Shown here: positions 58,834-64,000 of the stretch, piece by piece
Numbering within the stretch: the stretch's first letter is position 1
Layout of the letters: each line of letters opens with the position of its first letter
Origin: Acidobacteriota bacterium
GTDB taxonomy: Bacteria; Acidobacteriota; UBA6911
Assembly (NCBI GenBank): GCA_963664705.1
Contig: OY761556.1
Span: 672,001-736,000, forward strand
Direction of reading: 5' to 3'
Length of the DNA: 64,000 nucleotides
Notes under the pieces: generated by a model
Told to the model about the DNA's origin: nothing
Databases searched by the model: none
Seen by the model: the letters and a program-made list of their open reading frames with translations, nothing else
Made by a program: the position numbers and the translations under genes

Positions 58834-58975
58834 TTCAGCAATATTTGTGAATTGCAGATAAAATCAGCACCCGTTCCGGGATGCGATGGGAGTGCAGATT
58901 GACTGGTAATTTTCGACCGGATGGGGTTCTGCAAGAACTCCTGCTGTTGAGATGCGCGGATTCAGGCCACAATTG

Positions 58976-60835
58976 TTATCGCCGTCGAATTGGCAGGCTT
59001 GGATAGAGCGCAAATAAGAGCAACCCTAGAAGCGAAGCAACCGTGAGTACTTTTCCCGCTATTCGATAGCCACTTGGTTCGAAAACCAGATCAATGATGT
59101 GACTTCCCTTTGGCACATCGATCCGGATAAGGCCTGTTTCAGCGTCCGGCTTTAGGGCAATCGTGCGGCCATTTTCGTAAGCTTTCCATCGTATGTAGTA
59201 GAAAGTCCGTACCAGAACCCCGGCGGATTCCCTGGCTTCGATCTTGATTCGTCTTCTTTCCGGTTCCCAAAGAATGATTTCATAACGGCCAATGTCTGCT
59301 GGGATGCTGATTCTATTGTTTTGCAGGGCTGTGGGAATTTTGACGATTGCTTCCGGGTAATTGCGCGTCTCCAGCCAGTCATAGGTCGGGTAAATGATAT
59401 AGGAGCCGCAGGTGTCAAAAATGGCGCCGCGTATGCAGGTTGATTTCTCCGGAAGGCTCTTTGGGATAGACCATATTGGCTTGTACTCAAGCGAGTCAAT
59501 CAGCCATGGATTGGATGGCACATAGCGGGCGGAATCTTTACTGAGATTCCGTAGATAAAGATCGTACCCTTTGGCCGAGTCTTGGCGCAGTTGATCCATC
59601 TTGATGATCCAGCCGTTGCGCTTCAGGGCTTGCCCTTTTTCATACAGTGCTCCGCTCAGAGTCGGAAGGGTCCCGTAGGCGTTATGAAAAACAGCAGCGA
59701 GGAGGCCGAAAAACAACAAGCTGAACAGGACCTTTAGTTTTCGACCATACCCGTCAGAGCGAAACAGCAGCGAAGCAATGAAGCCGGAGCAAATGGAAGC
59801 ACAGAATGATGCAATTGACAAAAGCCTCCAGGGGAACTGAATCCGTTGAAGCAGCGGCGCTGCCAGCCAGAGAGGGGCAGTCCAATGGAACAGGGCTATG
59901 AAACACACAAGCCCGGATATCGCAAAGAATGCCACATGGGAACGGTCGGGAAATTTGCGGGAGCGAAGTGCCAGGGTGGCCAGGAGTCCCAAGGCGGCGA
60001 CCAAAACAATTTCCACCGCAGCCTGGTTCAATGCGGCGGTGAAACCGCCGCCTGCGTTAAAAAGAAAGTTGTCTTCGATGCGGAATTCAGACAACTGTCT
60101 GATATTGACGTATTGTTGTTCGGAAAGAGCGGGAATGAGATAGATGGCAGAAATTCCAATCCCAAAAATGAATGCAGCCTGGCGCAGACAAAATGATTTT
60201 GAGCTTTTTTCTATATAAAGGAGATATGAAACAAAGACCTCAAAGAACAGCAGGGCGAGAAGTGCCACCGGAAGGTGCGTCAAAATGAGTCCGGCAATAC
60301 AAGCCGCCAGGCAGATAAATCCGCAGGTTTTTCCCTCCCTGGTTTTCAAAATGCAGAGCGCGATCAGCGGAAGCCAGACAAAGGCCCAGAATTCAGCGAG
60401 CGTACCTCGCACATAGAGATCTATGAGGTGGTAAGAGAACGTCGTATATAGGACGGCGGCAAGGAATGCCGGAATCCTAGCCATGTGCATCCGGGAAAAT
60501 GCATACATCGCTATCCCCGAGGCCCAGAGCCCAATCCAGGCGGAAAGGCTGATAACGGTTACGACATCGCTGGTAAAGAAACCGGCAAGAATGTATGTGA
60601 AAAAAAGGAAGGGTGGATAAAAAATGAACGAGGCATCCCCGCACCCAAGAAATGCATCGGGTACCCATTGCGGGTAGAGCACGCCCAGCTTGAAAGATGC
60701 CAACCATTGATGCGCCCAGAGGAGATGATGCCATGCATCATGCCCGTCCAGGGTTCCTAGGGCGAAGAGAGGATAACAAAGAAGCGAGGCGATGATGAAG
60801 ATGCAGGCAACAGCCAGAGTCTCTCGAAGCATCAT
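58976..60835 (-). CDS. Polytopic membrane protein, PTPS-related / YfhO-like GT-C glycosyltransferase
   Basis: GHDAWHH, YPQW, FIFYPP, RGTLAE, LTHLP, IQFPWR and a YfhO-like C-terminal YYxxWKAYxNG. Confidence 0.8.
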   Translation of the reverse strand: MMLRETLAVACIFIIASLLCYPLFALGTLDGHDAWHHLLWAHQWLASFKLGVLYPQWVPDAFLGCGDASFIFYPPFLFFTYILAGFFTSDVVTVISLSAWIGLWASGIAMYAFSRMHMARIPAFLAAVLYTTFSYHLIDLYVRGTLAEFWAFVWLPLIALCILKTREGKTCGFICLAACIAGLILTHLPVALLALLFFEVFVSYLLYIEKSSKSFCLRQAAFIFGIGISAIYLIPALSEQQYVNIRQLSEFRIEDNFLFNAGGGFTAALNQAAVEIVLVAALGLLATLALRSRKFPDRSHVAFFAISGLVCFIALFHWTAPLWLAAPLLQRIQFPWRLLSIASFCASICSGFIASLLFRSDGYGRKLKVLFSLLFFGLLAAVFHNAYGTLPTLSGALYEKGQALKRNGWIIKMDQLRQDSAKGYDLYLRNLSKDSARYVPSNPWLIDSLEYKPIWSIPKSLPEKSTCIRGAIFDTCGSYIIYPTYDWLETRNYPEAIVKIPTALQNNRISIPADIGRYEIILWEPERRRIKIEARESAGVLVRTFYYIRWKAYENGRTIALKPDAETGLIRIDVPKGSHIIDLVFEPSGYRIAGKVLTVASLLGLLLFALYPSLPIRRR

Positions 60836-61032
60836 TGCGTGAACCGGCTCCTCAATCCTTTACACCTTGGGAAACTCAGAGCGCTTGCCATGGACGTCTT
60901 GGCAAGCTTTGAGCCGGGCCAGCATATCACAATGAGGCAGCCATGCCATATCGGGCAGGAAATTCGGCGGCAGTGCCCGGTGGCGCGCAATAAAGCGATG
61001 GGGGCAAGCTATGCGTCTCCGATTTTACTGCA

Positions 61033-61404
61033 TCAGTTTTTGGGAATCGGGAGCGATTTGCTTAAAACCGCTACGCCCGCGATAACCAGGAAAATGGGCC
61101 ACATGGTTCCCCAGTCCAAATCGAAGAGGAATATAAGGGCTACGGCAAGTGGAAACATCCCGCCGAAAAAAGGGCCCAGTACGGCCTGCGTCAGCCGTTG
61201 GCCATTATTTTGATAAACGTGCAGGGCGCCGCCCCATGCGGCGGCCGTACCCAACAAAATGAACAATGCCCACCAGTTGCCAATAAAAAACAAACCGTAG
61301 TTCTGCAGCAGGAAGATTACGCCCAATCCGATGAGCACAATTCCTCCAACAACAGAGCTGGCGCGGTTTGCTGAAGGTGGTTCCGGCGGCGGCAATGTGC
61401 TCAT
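61033..61404 (-). CDS. LiaI/LiaF-like (DUF5668) small membrane protein
   Basis: GIVLIGLGVIFLLQN...WWALFILL and WPIFLVIAG repeats. Confidence 0.75.
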   Translation of the reverse strand: MSTLPPPEPPSANRASSVVGGIVLIGLGVIFLLQNYGLFFIGNWWALFILLGTAAAWGGALHVYQNNGQRLTQAVLGPFFGGMFPLAVALIFLFDLDWGTMWPIFLVIAGVAVLSKSLPIPKN

Positions 61405-61574
61405 AGGCGCTCTGCTCCTTTATTATGTGTAGTCAGCGAATGCCGGGCACCCGTTGCGAGAAGCATATCCACCCTCCCGAAATCCGGCGTCCACATTTCC
61501 ATACGGGTTTGTACACAAAAATGTTCACTATTTCAACGCTGCAATGGGCTTCGTGTCTCCGGATGAGGCGATGG

Positions 61575-62270
61575 CTATTGAACGGGGCTGAACTGTGCCG
61601 CCCTGCTATTATTATTTCCCTCTATGAACAGACCCATGTGAATATAGGCCCGATCCTTTGAATCGTAGGGCGGTTTGCCTTCATAATCATGCCAGCGAGA
61701 GAGAAATTCCTGCTGCGGAATTACTCCTCGGCTCCCAAGAAGCGATGGGTCTTCCACATAAATATTCCGGTCATCAACTCCCAGGAGCACCACATAATGG
61801 CCATCTTCCCAGTCGCTGTCCCAGGGAGGGCTGGTTTGAGGATTGTCCTGCCATGCCTGGATGTCAACGATTACGGGAATCCTTGCTTCCCATGCTTTCC
61901 GCAAGTCCGATATCCCGATTCCTTCTCTCATTTCGGCGCGCAGCCCATGTTTTCTGGCGACGCGAATGATGTCCTCCGGCTTCGTTCCATCTTCGGGGTT
62001 ACTGCGGAGCTCTTTCCTTAATGTGCTCTCGGTCATATCAATTCCCCAGTAGGCAAATACCGCCTGCAATGCGGATGCGCCGCAGGAATAGTCTGTATCC
62101 TGTCGAAGATCGGGTACGGTGAGGAGCAAGGGCGGCTCCGGCTTGATTAAAGTTTCCTTTGCTGGGAGGGATTTGGGATTACGCCGCATGGTTGAGTTCA
62201 GCCCGATACCGAAGGCAATCCCCAGTGCCAAGGAAAGGATAATCCATAGAATCCTGCTCATGCCCCGCAT
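61575..62270 (-). CDS. Stand-alone C39-like cysteine peptidase with N-terminal anchor
   Basis: Q-x5-C (RQDTDYSCG), GHYVV and EDP catalytic motifs. Confidence 0.85.
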   Translation of the reverse strand: MRGMSRILWIILSLALGIAFGIGLNSTMRRNPKSLPAKETLIKPEPPLLLTVPDLRQDTDYSCGASALQAVFAYWGIDMTESTLRKELRSNPEDGTKPEDIIRVARKHGLRAEMREGIGISDLRKAWEARIPVIVDIQAWQDNPQTSPPWDSDWEDGHYVVLLGVDDRNIYVEDPSLLGSRGVIPQQEFLSRWHDYEGKPPYDSKDRAYIHMGLFIEGNNNSRAAQFSPVQ

Positions 62271-62433
62271 AAAAAACTCCGGTTTGAGTGATGTCCGATG
62301 CTCTTCCTTAGCCGCCGCCTGAATTGCAAAAAGGCAAAACCGCAGCCCGGGAGTGTATCCTAATTCTCCAATACGCCTCCCAGTTTACGATAAAATAGAC
62401 AAATGAAGGCAAGGGCTTAAAGATAATTCGACT

Positions 62434-63015
62434 ATGGAAAAGAACCGACTGGAAGCGTTCAGTGATGGCGTGCTTGCAATTATCATTACTATTATGGTTT
62501 TGGAGCTGAAGGTGCCGCATGGCATTGAGTTGACGGCTTTGCGTCCGTTGTTGCCGGTCTTTTTGAGCTACATCCTCAGCTTTGTTTACATCGGAATCTA
62601 TTGGAATAACCACCACCACATGCTTTATGCAACCAGGCATGTCAGCGGCGGGATTCTCTGGGCAAACCTTCATCTGCTCTTCTGGCTGTCGCTATTCCCA
62701 TTCACAACTGCCTGGATGGGTGAGAACCAATTTGCTTCCACTCCGACCGCGATCTATGGAACTGTCCTGCTGATGGCTGCCATTGCCTATGTCATTTTGC
62801 AGCGAGCCATTATCGTCAGGCAAGGCCCGCAATCGCTATTGGCAAAGGCAGTCGGAAACGACTGGAAGGGAAAGCTGTCACCGATTCTTTATTTTGCTGC
62901 AATCCCCCTTGCCTTTGCGAGTCCCTGGATCTCCAATGGGATTTACATTGTTGTAGCCTTCATCTGGATCATTCCGGACCGGCGGATTGAGCGAGTACTG
63001 ACGGATCGGCAATAG
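62434..63015 (+). CDS. TMEM175-family (DUF1211) potassium channel
   Basis: RLEAFSDGVLAIIITIMVLEL, YWNNHHH, PFTT motifs. Confidence 0.93.
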   Translation: MEKNRLEAFSDGVLAIIITIMVLELKVPHGIELTALRPLLPVFLSYILSFVYIGIYWNNHHHMLYATRHVSGGILWANLHLLFWLSLFPFTTAWMGENQFASTPTAIYGTVLLMAAIAYVILQRAIIVRQGPQSLLAKAVGNDWKGKLSPILYFAAIPLAFASPWISNGIYIVVAFIWIIPDRRIERVLTDRQ

Positions 63016-63082
63016 ACTACTGGCGTTTGGGGAGCGCCGGGCTTTCGAGCTTTGATCTGCGATTGGGCATCCCGTAATTTGG

Positions 63083-63943
63083 TTAATGCCCTGGTTTTTG
63101 CTGGTTCATATCCTCCAGCACCCAGATGAGCGCCGACTGCTCAGGTCGTATAAATCCACTTCGCGGTTTGTTTAGATCGATGACAAGCAGAATGGCAATG
63201 GTAAATCCGATCGTGAGAAGGGTTGAAAGAATCGGGTGCCTCACTCCGCAGACGCCAAAATAATAGCCCATCATGCCTGTCGACAGAAAACAGAATACCA
63301 GGAGCAGATTAAGGACATAGGGAGGGACGTGCACCTCAAGCGCCCATCGTCTTGATGTGGCCAAGTCAAACATCTCGTTCAATGATGACAGGAGCAGCGC
63401 ATTGACCGGTGTTGGTTGGGCGCCGGCAATGGTGGATGCGTGTGCCCACATGTGGTCCTGGAGTTCGGATGTCTGCCTGTAGATTGAGCTCAGGCGATTG
63501 CTGTCTTCTCCCGCCTTAAAAAACTCAATTCTCAGTTGCGTATAGTCTTTTAAGCTACGGACAATTTCCATGCCATGATCCGTGCCAACCGTAAGCGCAC
63601 GGAGACGGCTGGTGCCGATGGCATTGGCTTCAGCCAGGACAAGTTTGCGTCTGGCCTCAAAGTGCGAATCGGCCATGGAAAGGGAGACCGCCAGGATAAA
63701 TCCGAACAGCGCCAGCATGGCACCTGTGATGGTTCCCGCTGTCTTTTCGCGTTCTTCAAGCAGCTTCCCCTGTTTGCTCTGCTTTCTGCCTGCCCGGAAA
63801 CTCAGCTCGGTTACGAGAATCAGCAGCAAAATGATCACTGGAGCATTGATATAGGGGCTCTGACTGAAAAGAAGGGTTCCTTCCATTACTTCGATCTCCT
63901 CGTAATTGATTTCCTGCACTACCAAACAAGTCTGACCGCACAC
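63083..63943 (-). CDS. DUF4239 / bestrophin-like membrane protein
   Basis: LFGFILAVSLSMA...FEARR...EANAIGT and IDLNKPRSGFI. The real start is probably at MEGTLL (about 63886). Confidence 0.75.
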   Translation of the reverse strand: MCGQTCLVVQEINYEEIEVMEGTLLFSQSPYINAPVIILLLILVTELSFRAGRKQSKQGKLLEEREKTAGTITGAMLALFGFILAVSLSMADSHFEARRKLVLAEANAIGTSRLRALTVGTDHGMEIVRSLKDYTQLRIEFFKAGEDSNRLSSIYRQTSELQDHMWAHASTIAGAQPTPVNALLLSSLNEMFDLATSRRWALEVHVPPYVLNLLLVFCFLSTGMMGYYFGVCGVRHPILSTLLTIGFTIAILLVIDLNKPRSGFIRPEQSALIWVLEDMNQQKPGH

Positions 63944-64000
63944 GCAATGGTCAGAAGGTCAGTCCGATTCCAATGGATATGCGCTGGTGACGCAGCATGC

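Noticed and set aside
20361-64000. Prophage or ICE integrated at tRNA-Lys
   Set aside because: No integrase, phage or conjugation genes and no duplicated att core were seen.

Overview
A moderately GC-rich bacterial window. Gene content and short intergenic repeats suggest an Acidobacteriota-like organism (inference only). Positions 1-9.1 kb hold a minus-strand chemotaxis operon (cheW, MCP, PAS hybrid kinase, cheA, partial cheR) with sigma-28-like promoters and a terminator inside the cheW leader. Positions 9.1-20.2 kb hold peptide and amino-acid catabolism genes (M1 aminopeptidase, aldo/keto reductase, Kbl/BioF-type PLP enzyme, S9 peptidase, aldehyde dehydrogenase, tricorn protease), followed by tRNA-Lys(CTT). 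After the tRNA comes a patchwork accessory region: a HUH/Y1 (RAYT-like) transposase bounded by inverted repeats, an orphan CusB-like adaptor, a Tat-exported CotA-like multicopper oxidase, a Tat-signal QueG/RdhA-like Fe-S protein beside a NapH-NapG fusion, a Crp/Fnr regulator and surface proteins. The most striking locus is the ~17 kb minus-strand cluster at 41.0-58.6 kb. Two two-cupredoxin-domain proteins carry exactly complementary halves of a multicopper-oxidase active site. A 3045-aa secreted protein begins with a ligand-less cupredoxin pair. SCO, cytochrome c/binding-protein, LolA-like and FKBP genes follow, and a repeated palindromic operator marks the cluster. I infer a split, hetero-oligomeric, surface-displayed multicopper oxidase, possibly for metal (Mn) oxidation. 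All calls come from motif recognition by eye; no database searches were run.
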